64,000 nt of DNA, taken from assembly GCA_002297045.1 (NCBI GenBank), contig DBJE01000013.1, forward strand, positions 272,509-336,508. Direction: 5' to 3'. A program made the position numbers and the translations under genes. Positions 9,218 to 17,769 of this stretch are shown here, piece after piece. This DNA is from Bacillales bacterium UBA784 (GTDB lineage Bacteria > Bacillota_I > Bacilli_A > RFN20 > CAG-288). How positions within the stretch are numbered: position 1 is the stretch's first letter; the number at the start of each line of letters is the position of its first letter. The notes beneath the pieces were generated by a model that saw only the letters and a list, made by a program, of their open reading frames with translations, ran no database searches and was not told where the DNA came from.

Positions 9218-10354
9218 ATGGATTATCCGAAACAGTTTACACCTCATATTCGGAGAAAGGCGTCGACCTTCTCGCAGAGGAGGGAGTTCTTCCTTTGCGT
9301 CTGTGTCCTTTGGATTAGCAGTAGGATTTACTATTTCGTCACTGCCGGAAAAGGATATGGATTAGCCGTCATTCTTCTTGGCATCACCGGAATCGTCTTT
9401 GCCATGATTCCTGATATCTTTTGGAACCTTAGCGTATTCTTCTCCAAAGAACATAAACAGGATGCGTTTAAAGAGTTTCTCTATCGGGTCATTCATTCCT
9501 ATTCCTTTGTCACCGGCCTTCTTCTTGCCTTGCTTTGCCCGATCGGTCTCCCCTTCTGGAAACTTGCCATCGGTGCAGTTCTTTCTGTGCTTGTCTTTAA
9601 GCTGTTCTTTGGCGGATTCGGAAAGAACATCCTCAATCCTGCCATCTTCGGACGTGTCTTCCTTCAGCTTGCTTTTACCAGTGACAGGAAGACGTATCTA
9701 GGACAGAAGCCGGATGATTTCACTATTTCAACCGGTGCTTCCGTTACCGGATTAATCAACAATAAGAACGGTTTCTCTCCAATTGTCAGTGGTCTTTCCT
9801 TTAAGGATAGGATTATCGGCAATTACCGAGGAACCTTAGGCGAAACTTTTATCCTTGTCCTTCTTGCCATCTGCGTTTATCTTTGTGTCCGGAAGATCAT
9901 CGACTGGCGTGTCCCTGTCACTTATATCGGAACCCTTTTTATCGCCTTTGTCCTGATGTTCCTTTCTGCCGGCGACGGCGGCTGGGCGTTCAAGGATGCC
10001 TTTAGGTATCTTGCTATCGGCGGCATCTTCTTCGGCGGTATCCTCTGTCTGACTGATCCGGTCACTTCTCCGACTAGCCGCTCTGGCCGGATGAGGTTTG
10101 CCTTGACTAGTGCCCTTATCACCCTTCTTATCCGTCTTTATACCGGGTCTCCGGAAGGCGTCGCCTATTCCATCCTGATTGCCAATGTGATGACTCCCTT
10201 CTTTGACAAGATCAACACTGGCCGGACAAATAAGAAACTCGTCCCTATTGCCGTCAATGCTTCCCTTTTTGCTCTCGTCCTTCTCTCTGCCCTTGTCTAT
10301 GGGTTTAGGAACAAAATCAATCCTTCTACGGGAAGGTTCCTGAAAGGTAGGTAA
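9218..10354 (+). CDS. rnfD: RnfD paralog 1 (NqrB/RnfD family membrane subunit)
   Basis: Polytopic. Motifs are FGKNILNPAIFGRVF, STGASVTG (covalent-FMN motif position) and LTDPVTSP. Confidence 0.85.
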   Translation: MDYPKQFTPHIRRKASTFSQRREFFLCVCVLWISSRIYYFVTAGKGYGLAVILLGITGIVFAMIPDIFWNLSVFFSKEHKQDAFKEFLYRVIHSYSFVTGLLLALLCPIGLPFWKLAIGAVLSVLVFKLFFGGFGKNILNPAIFGRVFLQLAFTSDRKTYLGQKPDDFTISTGASVTGLINNKNGFSPIVSGLSFKDRIIGNYRGTLGETFILVLLAICVYLCVRKIIDWRVPVTYIGTLFIAFVLMFLSAGDGGWAFKDAFRYLAIGGIFFGGILCLTDPVTSPTSRSGRMRFALTSALITLLIRLYTGSPEGVAYSILIANVMTPFFDKINTGRTNKKLVPIAVNASLFALVLLSALVYGFRNKINPSTGRFLKGR

Positions 10355-10356
10355 AG

Positions 10357-10881
10357 ATGAATCAAAGGTTTAAAAACTGGATTATCGGTGCTTCTGCCGC
10401 CCTTATCCTTGGTGCTGCCTCCGTTGGGCTATATTTCGGAATCGTCCCGGAGAAAAGCCCTCTTTCCGATAATGTGATGAGCAGGTTTGAAAAAGATTCC
10501 CCGACCGGGAGGGACTCTCTTGATCTTTCTTCCCTTTCGGCTGATGATTCAAAAATGATTAAGGAAGCCGATAAAGTCTATCTTTCTTCTTCCTCGGTCT
10601 CTGCCTATTATTTTGGTCTGAGTTCTTATGACGGAAGCTATGGTTCGCTTAACTTTGCTATCGGGGTCAAGGACTCCGTCGTCACCTATTATCATTTCAT
10701 CGATGCCGGAGCGGCGGATGATCTTGGCGCCGGACAGGCCCAGGATAACGAAGGGAAAAGGTTTGTCGGCTACACTCTTGGCGGAGACGATGTCAGGGCC
10801 GGAGCGACAGCCGAAGAGACCTATTCCGATAGGAAAAAGGCGGTCGATGCGGCTCTGACTTTTGTGAAAGGAAGGGATTAA
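10357..10881 (+). CDS. rnfG: RnfG paralog 1 (FMN-binding subunit)
   Basis: 174 aa with an N-terminal TM anchor (WIIGASAALILGAASVGLYF). FMN_bind-type C-terminus with VRAGATAEE. The position between rnfD and rnfE is as expected. Confidence 0.7.
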   Translation: MNQRFKNWIIGASAALILGAASVGLYFGIVPEKSPLSDNVMSRFEKDSPTGRDSLDLSSLSADDSKMIKEADKVYLSSSSVSAYYFGLSSYDGSYGSLNFAIGVKDSVVTYYHFIDAGAADDLGAGQAQDNEGKRFVGYTLGGDDVRAGATAEETYSDRKKAVDAALTFVKGRD

Positions 10882-10883
10882 CG

Positions 10884-11594
10884 ATGTCAACTCTTGAAAA
10901 AACCGGTTTTAAGAAAAGCTTCCTCGACGGACTTTTCTATAAGAATCCGTTCTTTGTCCTCTTTCTCGGTCTGACTCTGGTCAGGATCTCCACGACCCGT
11001 CTTGAGACAGCCCTCATTGTCGGGCTGATTGCCGGAATCGAGCTTAGGGTGACTCAGCTTGTCCTCTCCCTTCTCCGTAAACACCTAGATAAGGTCGGCG
11101 CCTATCTTACCGCCCTTATTCTTGCAGCCGGGCTATCCACCATCTTCGGAATGGTGCTTGGACTTCGTTTCTCCTCTTTCCTGAAATATGTCAACGTCAA
11201 TGGGGCTAACGGAAAGTTTCTGACTATCGCCGTCCCCTTCCTCTGTACCTCTTCGTTCATTCTCGATCAGGCTGACGAATCGCTCTTCCATCCTCTTTCC
11301 GATACCAGGGGCTATTCCCTTGGCTCGTTCCTTGGCTTCCTTGCCGCTTTAATCCTTATTTCCCTCTTCCGCGAAGTTCTTTCTACCGGAAGGATTACCT
11401 TCTATGATGCCAAGGGTCAGGAATACGGACCGATTCTCTGGTCGAAGGACGTGTTCTCCCTTCCGATCCTTGATAAGCCTTTCGGCGGTTTCCTCTTTGC
11501 CGGAGTATTCAGGGGAATCTACCGTTCCATCCTTAACTTAGTCCTTAGCCATAAGGATAAGAAGGAAAAGTCCAAACTGAAGGAGGCTGAGTAA
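10884..11594 (+). CDS. divergent RnfE-like membrane subunit (lacks the GxCP Cys and the NC..LGRAE motif)
   Basis: LDGLFYKNPFFVLFLGL... and the C-terminal LFREVLSTGRITF match the RnfE/NqrD ends, and the operon position fits. The protein has only one Cys (FLCTSS). Confidence 0.6.
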   Translation: MSTLEKTGFKKSFLDGLFYKNPFFVLFLGLTLVRISTTRLETALIVGLIAGIELRVTQLVLSLLRKHLDKVGAYLTALILAAGLSTIFGMVLGLRFSSFLKYVNVNGANGKFLTIAVPFLCTSSFILDQADESLFHPLSDTRGYSLGSFLGFLAALILISLFREVLSTGRITFYDAKGQEYGPILWSKDVFSLPILDKPFGGFLFAGVFRGIYRSILNLVLSHKDKKEKSKLKEAE

Positions 11595-11595
11595 T

Positions 11596-12165
11596 ATGCA
11601 GTTCATCGGTGCAATTCTGACGGCGTTCTTCGCCAAGAACCTGATTCTTCAGGGACATGATCTCCGTGATGGCATCCATCTTGGCAATAGACACTACCCT
11701 CACCGTCTTGTTTTTCTTGGTCTTTATGTCCTAGAATCCCTTGTCATCTCTATCGTCGGATATTTAATCTCCAAATATGGAAAAGGAAGGGAGATCCTTT
11801 CCTATCTTGCTTTCTTTATCTATGCCCTCATCGCCGCCTTAAGGACAGGCCTTTTCTCTCTCGCTTTCAAGAAATTCTTCCCCCAGCTTGAAAAGGAACT
11901 CCATGAAGACTGGATTGAACGTGCCTGCTCGACTGCCTTAATCGCCGTCGGTGCCTCTGCCTTGACCTGGGCTAGCGTCTCTGCGGCGGAAAGGGTAGGA
12001 CTTAGGCTTGCGATGCCTATTGGCTTTGCCCTTTCTTCCTTTGTCTTCTCTGCCCTTTATGAGCGGGTAAGGGAAGATGGAGATGCCAAGGGCTTCCGGG
12101 GAATCCCTCTTCTTCTTCTTTCTTTGGCCGGTGCCTCGCTTGGCGTAGTCAGGAGGAGCTTCTGA
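11596..12165 (+). CDS. divergent RnfA-like membrane subunit
   Basis: The N-terminal FIGAILTAFFAKNLILQG and C-terminal YERVREDG..KGFRGIPLLLLSLAGASL resemble RnfA/NqrE ends. The protein has only one Cys (ERACSTA). Its position is after the rnfE-like gene. Confidence 0.55.
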   Translation: MQFIGAILTAFFAKNLILQGHDLRDGIHLGNRHYPHRLVFLGLYVLESLVISIVGYLISKYGKGREILSYLAFFIYALIAALRTGLFSLAFKKFFPQLEKELHEDWIERACSTALIAVGASALTWASVSAAERVGLRLAMPIGFALSSFVFSALYERVREDGDAKGFRGIPLLLLSLAGASLGVVRRSF

Positions 12166-12196
12166 TTTTTTCCTTTGTAGGAATCTGTTAAAATAG

Positions 12197-12223
12197 ATAC
12201 GCTGCCTAGGCAGCGTATTTTTT
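12197..12223 (+). terminator. Intrinsic-terminator-like palindrome plus T5 directly abutting the apbE-1 start codon
   Basis: ATACGCTGC-CTAG-GCAGCGTAT (perfect palindrome) is followed by TTTTT, then ATG at 12224. It lies 32 nt downstream of the rnfA-like stop. Confidence 0.6.
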
Positions 12224-13756
12224 ATGAAAACCAAAATCATCTGTCTGCTTTTTTCCTCTCTTTCCTTTTTCCTTTCTTCTTGCAAGGAAAACAAGGTGGA
12301 AAGAATCGAAACCCTGTCGAATCCCTATCTGTTTTCCACGAAGGGGGAGATACGGATAAACAGCGACGAAAGCCTTTCTCTCTCTCCTTTTGATACTTCC
12401 ATCACCGGAAGCATTTATTATTACGGGGGTGACTTCACGGAAGAAGAACTTGCTTCTATCCATTCTCTTTTTGACTACTCTTTTTCTTATTATCATGCTC
12501 TCTCCGACCGGCATTATTCTTATTCCCGGTATGATGAAAAGGGAAATAAGGCCGAGGAAATCAACAATGTCCGGACAATCAATGAAAGCTACGGTACGGG
12601 AAAAAAGGTAAAAGTTGATTCTTTCCTGTATGACCTACTAAAGAAAAGCTATGAGTTTTCCAGGAACAGCGATGGAAAGTTCAACAGGTTTTTAGGAACG
12701 CTGAACGACCTCTATGAGAATAAGCTTTCCTCTTTGGAAGAGGATGGTTCCTTGGATAGCGAATACAAAAAGAACAGCGTCCTGACCGTCACGACAAAAA
12801 GGAAGTTCTCCTCTTTCTCCGCCAATGAAAAGAACCGGATTTCCTCCCTAGTCTCTTCTCTTCCCCGGACAAAGGAAGAGAGGCAGGGCCTTCTCTCCTT
12901 TGATGATGCAACCTCTTCCGTCACCTTCAACAAATACAAGGACACGAAGAACCTGGAAATTTCCCTCGGGGGAAATGCCAAAGGATATGCCACGGAAAGG
13001 TTCTGCCGGCAGAGGCAGAAGGAATATCCTAATAGGTCCCTTGTCATCAATTCCGGCTCTTCTTCCATCAAGGCAATCGGACAGCGGCCGGACAAACGGG
13101 AATGGAAGATCCAGTATACGAACCCTTGCTATAAGGAAAGTATCGATCTTAGCCGGTACAATCCTTATGAAGTGGTGATTTCCCATAATGGGGCTTTTAA
13201 CCTCTCCACTTCCGGATATTACGAGCAGTATTTCTACTCTTATCTTCCGGACGGAGAGGGCGTTTATGATCCTAATTCTCCCTTTATCCTAAACAGCCAT
13301 ATTCTTAATCCTTCCACTGGGTATTCCACAAGGACGTTCGACCAGGTGTCCGTGTTTCTTAATGACACAGGCCTTGCCGATAGGTACACGACTGCCCTTA
13401 GGAACACTTCTTCCATTAAGGAGGCAGAAGCGCTCTTTGCTTCCCTCAATAAGATTTATTCTGTTTCCGATGCCGGGCTTAGGCTATGCCTTAAGGAAAA
13501 GGACGGCTCCCCTTATTTTTATAAAAGGTCGGACTACTCTCCTCTTCAGAGTAACGGGCTTCCCTGCATTAAAACTGCCAAGGGGGAGTATAGCGGAGAC
13601 TTTTCCGACCTTGACGAAGCACCGCAGGAATACCTCTCCCGATATGTCTCCTCCTTTGAGGAGGTCTATTACCTTACCGGCAATAGGAGGGAGAAGGCTT
13701 CCATGACGGAAGAGAACGGGAAACAAGTGATTTCCCGACTGGAGGAACTGAAATGA
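12224..13756 (+). CDS. apbE: ApbE-family FAD:protein FMN transferase, lipoprotein (copy 1)
   Basis: MKTKIICLLFSSLSFFLSSCKE is a lipobox signal peptide. ApbE motifs present are GGNAKGYATE, INSGSSSI, HILNPSTGYS and GLADRYTTAL. Confidence 0.8.
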   Translation: MKTKIICLLFSSLSFFLSSCKENKVERIETLSNPYLFSTKGEIRINSDESLSLSPFDTSITGSIYYYGGDFTEEELASIHSLFDYSFSYYHALSDRHYSYSRYDEKGNKAEEINNVRTINESYGTGKKVKVDSFLYDLLKKSYEFSRNSDGKFNRFLGTLNDLYENKLSSLEEDGSLDSEYKKNSVLTVTTKRKFSSFSANEKNRISSLVSSLPRTKEERQGLLSFDDATSSVTFNKYKDTKNLEISLGGNAKGYATERFCRQRQKEYPNRSLVINSGSSSIKAIGQRPDKREWKIQYTNPCYKESIDLSRYNPYEVVISHNGAFNLSTSGYYEQYFYSYLPDGEGVYDPNSPFILNSHILNPSTGYSTRTFDQVSVFLNDTGLADRYTTALRNTSSIKEAEALFASLNKIYSVSDAGLRLCLKEKDGSPYFYKRSDYSPLQSNGLPCIKTAKGEYSGDFSDLDEAPQEYLSRYVSSFEEVYYLTGNRREKASMTEENGKQVISRLEELK

Positions 13757-15354
13757 AAAAATCCGCTTTGCTTATTCTCTCTCTTGGCTTTGTCCTTTCC
13801 GGATGCCAAAACGGGAGGAAGGGTTCCTCCTTGTCTTCTTCCCCCTCTTCCTCCCTTCGCCCACAGGAGGATGAAAAAGTGTTTTCCAGGCAGACCATCT
13901 ATATCGGAATCGCTTCCGGCGATATCCGTGTCGTCCCTCCTAGCGAGAACAGCACAAGGGTCGGAGTGAGTCCGTTTAATACATCCATCCAGGGGAAGGT
14001 CTACTATTATGAAGGCGACTATTTCGACGATGACCTTAACGTCATCGCCGAGGATTTTAACTCCCTCTTCTCTCTTTACCATGCCTTAAGCGATAACCAC
14101 TACAACTATAAAGAGGTGACAAAGCGGGATGACAGGGGCAACGCCTTGGAAAGGAAAGACATCGTCAATGTCAAGTACATCAATGATCACCCGGGAGAAA
14201 GGATACAGGTTGATCCCTTCCTTTATGATTTATTGAAGCGGAGCTATGACTTCACCCTGAATTCTTCTTTGATGTTCAATAGGTTCTCCGAGAGTCTCTC
14301 TTCTCTTTATGAGGACAAACTCTCCGAAGACGAATATTCGGGAAAGGCCCTAAACAAGGCTTTCTCCCTCTCAAGGAATGTCCGGTTCAAGGACGATTTT
14401 TCCCCGTCGGATATTCAAAACGCCCTGCTTAGCGTTCCGGAAAGTAAAGAGGAAGCAAAAGGCTGCCTCACCTTTGACGAAGAAAAGAAAGCCGTCCGGC
14501 TGAATAAGAGGGTAAAGGACGGGAAGGAATATACTCCGAGAAGGAATCTCGGGGGATGCGCGAAGGGATTTGCGACTAAGGCGGTCGCCGATTATTTTAA
14601 GGGTCTCTATCCGGACATTTCCCTTAGGATCAACTCCGGCTCTTCCTCCATCCTTGCCGTAGGGAGCCGGCCGGATTCTTTGCCGTGGAAAATCACCTAT
14701 GTCAATCCGATTAGCCATGAAAGAATCAACCAAGGCGGAACAAACCCAAGCGAGCTTTATCTTCAGTTCAAAGGTCCCTTCAACAGGTCGACATCCGGAT
14801 ATTACGAACATTATTTTTATTGTTATGACCCACAGAAGAAGGAAATCTTCCGGAGAGACCATATCTTCAATACGGAAAACGGTTTTTCCGCTCCCTTCTT
14901 CGACCAGGTCTCCGTCCTTTTGGACGATGCCGGGCTTGCCGACAGGTATACCACGGCGATAAGGAACTGCAAGGGGACAGAGGAAGCATTTGCCCTGTTT
15001 GACCGCCTGAACAAGGTCTATTCCACCTCGGGGGAACTATTGGTCTGTTATAAGGGAGAGAAAGGAAACGAGGATAGTCTTTATAGCTATTCTCTTTCGG
15101 ACAGGTCTCCCTTATCCTCTCTAGGATACCCAATCTCCATTCTCAATGACGGAAGCGAATATGACGGTGACTACCTTGATGTTTCCCTTTCGGATATCAA
15201 AGACACGAAGACAAAAAGCAAGTATCGGTTTTCCGAGGTCTACCTAAGGAGCGGGAAGAGGTATCAGGCAAGCCATCTCTTCACGGAAAAGAATGATACG
15301 TTCTTCCCTTATCCGGACAAGGCAATCTCCGTCAGAAAAGAACATAAAGGATAA
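13753..15354 (+). CDS. apbE: ApbE-family FAD:protein FMN transferase, lipoprotein (copy 2)
   Basis: There is an ATGA overlap with copy 1 and GGAGGA upstream. MKKSALLILSLGFVLSGCQN has a lipobox. Motifs are GGCAKGFATK, INSGSSSI, HIFNTENGFS and GLADRYTTAI. It is clearly paralogous to copy 1 (shared SPF(D/N)TSI.G..YYY.GD...). Confidence 0.8.
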   Translation: MKKSALLILSLGFVLSGCQNGRKGSSLSSSPSSSLRPQEDEKVFSRQTIYIGIASGDIRVVPPSENSTRVGVSPFNTSIQGKVYYYEGDYFDDDLNVIAEDFNSLFSLYHALSDNHYNYKEVTKRDDRGNALERKDIVNVKYINDHPGERIQVDPFLYDLLKRSYDFTLNSSLMFNRFSESLSSLYEDKLSEDEYSGKALNKAFSLSRNVRFKDDFSPSDIQNALLSVPESKEEAKGCLTFDEEKKAVRLNKRVKDGKEYTPRRNLGGCAKGFATKAVADYFKGLYPDISLRINSGSSSILAVGSRPDSLPWKITYVNPISHERINQGGTNPSELYLQFKGPFNRSTSGYYEHYFYCYDPQKKEIFRRDHIFNTENGFSAPFFDQVSVLLDDAGLADRYTTAIRNCKGTEEAFALFDRLNKVYSTSGELLVCYKGEKGNEDSLYSYSLSDRSPLSSLGYPISILNDGSEYDGDYLDVSLSDIKDTKTKSKYRFSEVYLRSGKRYQASHLFTEKNDTFFPYPDKAISVRKEHKG

Positions 15355-15390
15355 AAAATGGCTTGAACGATACGGAAAGAGGGAAATCCG

Positions 15391-15418
15391 TTCAATTTCA
15401 GGCAATTTCTGCTAGAAT
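15391..15418 (+). promoter_or_regulatory. candidate sigma-70 promoter with extended -10
   Basis: TTCAAT (15391-96), a 16-nt spacer containing TGc (15410-12), then TAGAAT (15413-18). It lies 34 nt upstream of ATG 15452. Confidence 0.35.
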
Positions 15419-15451
15419 AGAGCAAGTGCGAAAGCATTATCGAGGTTTCAT

Positions 15452-17755
15452 ATGAAAAATTTAAAGCTGTTGACTCTTCTTTCCCTCATTCCTGTTTTCT
15501 CTCTGGCTGGCTGTAAAGGCAATGCCGGGAGCGATTCTTCGTCTGTTTCTTCCTCTGTGCCGGAACAGACTTCTTCCTCCTCTAACGGCAGCCACGAGAT
15601 TTCCCCGGATCCCTATGCCCAGGTCCTGGACGGACTGGATAAGACGAAGGATGTCTTCCGGGATCAGTATAGGCAAACCCATACCTATCTTGGCGGATAT
15701 ACCGAGACGGTGAACGGAGTCAAGGTCTCCTATGGCTGGATCGAGTATACAAGCACCTGGGGAACCTACGGCGTCGCGGTCAAACTGACCATCACCGCCG
15801 AAGGAAAGATTAAGGAAATCAAGCTTGGTGCTCCGGATAAGGACGTCCACAACTTCACTCCGTCCTATGGACAGACTTCCGGGTACGATATTTATAACGA
15901 TTATATTGCCAACTATGAGAAGAATCTGAACGCGGCCTTCGCCAATAAATCGGTCAGGAACGCCTTTAATTCCCTTAAGGACGCTATCTGCGAACCGAAC
16001 CTTAAGCCGACGGAAACAGACAGCGGCACCTTCACCCCATCCAAGAATGATCCGACCGTCAAGGCCGGTGCCACCCAGACGGCAGCCCGCACGGAACGTG
16101 CCATTTTTGCCGCCGCCGGCGCCTATCTTAGCGAGTACAATCCAAACGCCCGCATCTTTGCCCATGTCTATAACAACCTAAAGGCAGAGGATAGGCCTAC
16201 CGATAACAATGTTTCGTTAGGCTATAGGAAGACCACGGACGGAAGTTATGGCTATGCTAGGTATCAGTCCTGGGGCAGCTACTATGGTGCCGCCGTCAAA
16301 ATCAAGGTCAAGGCAAACAACGTCATCGACCATGTCTATTTAGGAACCCCAAGGAAAGGCGCCCATAACTTCACTCCCTGGTACGCTGTCTCCGATCCGA
16401 ATAATTTCATTGAGTTCTACCAGAAGGCCGAAGAACTGGTCAACAACCAGCTTGTCGGCAAGGTGGTGAATGAACAGCTGAGGAATAAGTACAAGTCTGC
16501 CACGCTTGAACCTGGAACCTCTACCTTTACACCGGCTGAAACGATTCTTTCTGCCGGTGCGACACAGACCAATGTCCGTCTGGATCGTGCCATCGCCTCC
16601 GCTAGGGAAGGCATCCTTTCCTCTGTGGAAGCTAAACCGGATGAGGGCGGAGTGGTCGACGAAGTCCTCCCTGGTGCCGACACTATTTCCGGATCGGAAA
16701 TTTATGCCTCCTACAACCATCTTAAATCCGATTATGTCACCCCTGAGGAAAATCAGAACGGATACTATAATGCCCAGACGATGACTGCCTATGGCTGGAG
16801 GCGTTATGAGAATCCCTGGTCCAAGGGCAGCTATTATGGTGCCGCCGTTTCTCTGACCTTTGACAAGAATAAGAACATCACTGATGTCAAAGTCGGTGTC
16901 TCCCAAAAAGGCGATGTCAATAGGACGACAATCTACCGTGCCCACTATGATTCCGACCCACTTTATCTAGATAACTATGCACAGTATTTGATTCAGGATA
17001 GGAAGGCTGCCTTAAGCGGGAAGACCGCAGCCGATGTCTATAAATCCACACTCTCTGCCGGCGTGGAAAATAATGACGGCAATCTTATCTTCACTCCTGG
17101 CGACTATGACTTCCTTGGCGCTGGTGCCACGCAGACGACTAGCCGAATCAATGTCGCCCTCTTCGAGGCGGCCTCTGCCTATAGGCTTGCCACTGATCCC
17201 TTCACAAAGAATGTGTTTGAGGATTTAAAGCTTGTCAAAGGAACGGACATCAAGGACAACACCTTCCACCAGGGCGGAAAGAAAGGCACGGATTCAAAAA
17301 CCGGTACCGCTTATGTCTATGGCTATACCGTTTACTACATCTCGTCCTGGCAGAGCTACTATGGTGCAGCCGTCAAGCTTACTTATGATAGCGACAGGAA
17401 GATTACGGCTGTAGAGACCGGAGAACCGAAAATTGAGGATTCCGCTAAGTCTTGGGCCGCCGCGACGAACTTCACCGCAAGTTATACCTTCACTTCTACC
17501 TCTTCCCGCAGTGACTATCTAAAGTATTACACGACCATCAAGGAGGAAATCGATAAAGCCCTTATCGGAAAGACCATCAACGAAGAACTTGCCCAGCAGT
17601 TTGCTGCCGCCAAGGTCGAATTCGATCCGAATGACAGTGAGAAGAACACCTATACTCCTGCTTCTGTCCGCTTCGTCGGAGCAGGTGCCACGCAGACTGA
17701 TACCCGTGTCGCTGCTTCTATCTATGGTGCCCTTCAGGCTGCCCTGAAAAAGTAA
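15452..17755 (+). CDS. lipoprotein with four tandem FMN-binding-type modules, each with a GATQT flavinylation motif
   Basis: MKNLKLLTLLSLIPVFSLAGCKG has a lipobox. There are four ~170-190-aa repeats of the pattern ...Y.S.WG.YG(A/V)AVK(L/I)....I..(I/V)..G.P....HNFTP.Y......FTP...(A/G)GATQT..R...A. The Thr codons of the four GAT motifs are at 16073-75, 16562-64, 17129-31 and 17690-92. Confidence 0.7.
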   Translation: MKNLKLLTLLSLIPVFSLAGCKGNAGSDSSSVSSSVPEQTSSSSNGSHEISPDPYAQVLDGLDKTKDVFRDQYRQTHTYLGGYTETVNGVKVSYGWIEYTSTWGTYGVAVKLTITAEGKIKEIKLGAPDKDVHNFTPSYGQTSGYDIYNDYIANYEKNLNAAFANKSVRNAFNSLKDAICEPNLKPTETDSGTFTPSKNDPTVKAGATQTAARTERAIFAAAGAYLSEYNPNARIFAHVYNNLKAEDRPTDNNVSLGYRKTTDGSYGYARYQSWGSYYGAAVKIKVKANNVIDHVYLGTPRKGAHNFTPWYAVSDPNNFIEFYQKAEELVNNQLVGKVVNEQLRNKYKSATLEPGTSTFTPAETILSAGATQTNVRLDRAIASAREGILSSVEAKPDEGGVVDEVLPGADTISGSEIYASYNHLKSDYVTPEENQNGYYNAQTMTAYGWRRYENPWSKGSYYGAAVSLTFDKNKNITDVKVGVSQKGDVNRTTIYRAHYDSDPLYLDNYAQYLIQDRKAALSGKTAADVYKSTLSAGVENNDGNLIFTPGDYDFLGAGATQTTSRINVALFEAASAYRLATDPFTKNVFEDLKLVKGTDIKDNTFHQGGKKGTDSKTGTAYVYGYTVYYISSWQSYYGAAVKLTYDSDRKITAVETGEPKIEDSAKSWAAATNFTASYTFTSTSSRSDYLKYYTTIKEEIDKALIGKTINEELAQQFAAAKVEFDPNDSEKNTYTPASVRFVGAGATQTDTRVAASIYGALQAALKK

Positions 17756-17769
17756 AAGGCGAAAAGCAA

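Noticed and set aside
7110-16945. Minus-strand ORFs of 200-234 aa (7110..7814, 15461..16165, 16340..16945), and 54798..55598 further right
   Set aside because: These are antisense shadows inside well-supported plus-strand genes (the FMN lipoproteins and gdpP). They have no motifs and no RBS, and their composition is typical of reverse frames of GC3-biased genes.
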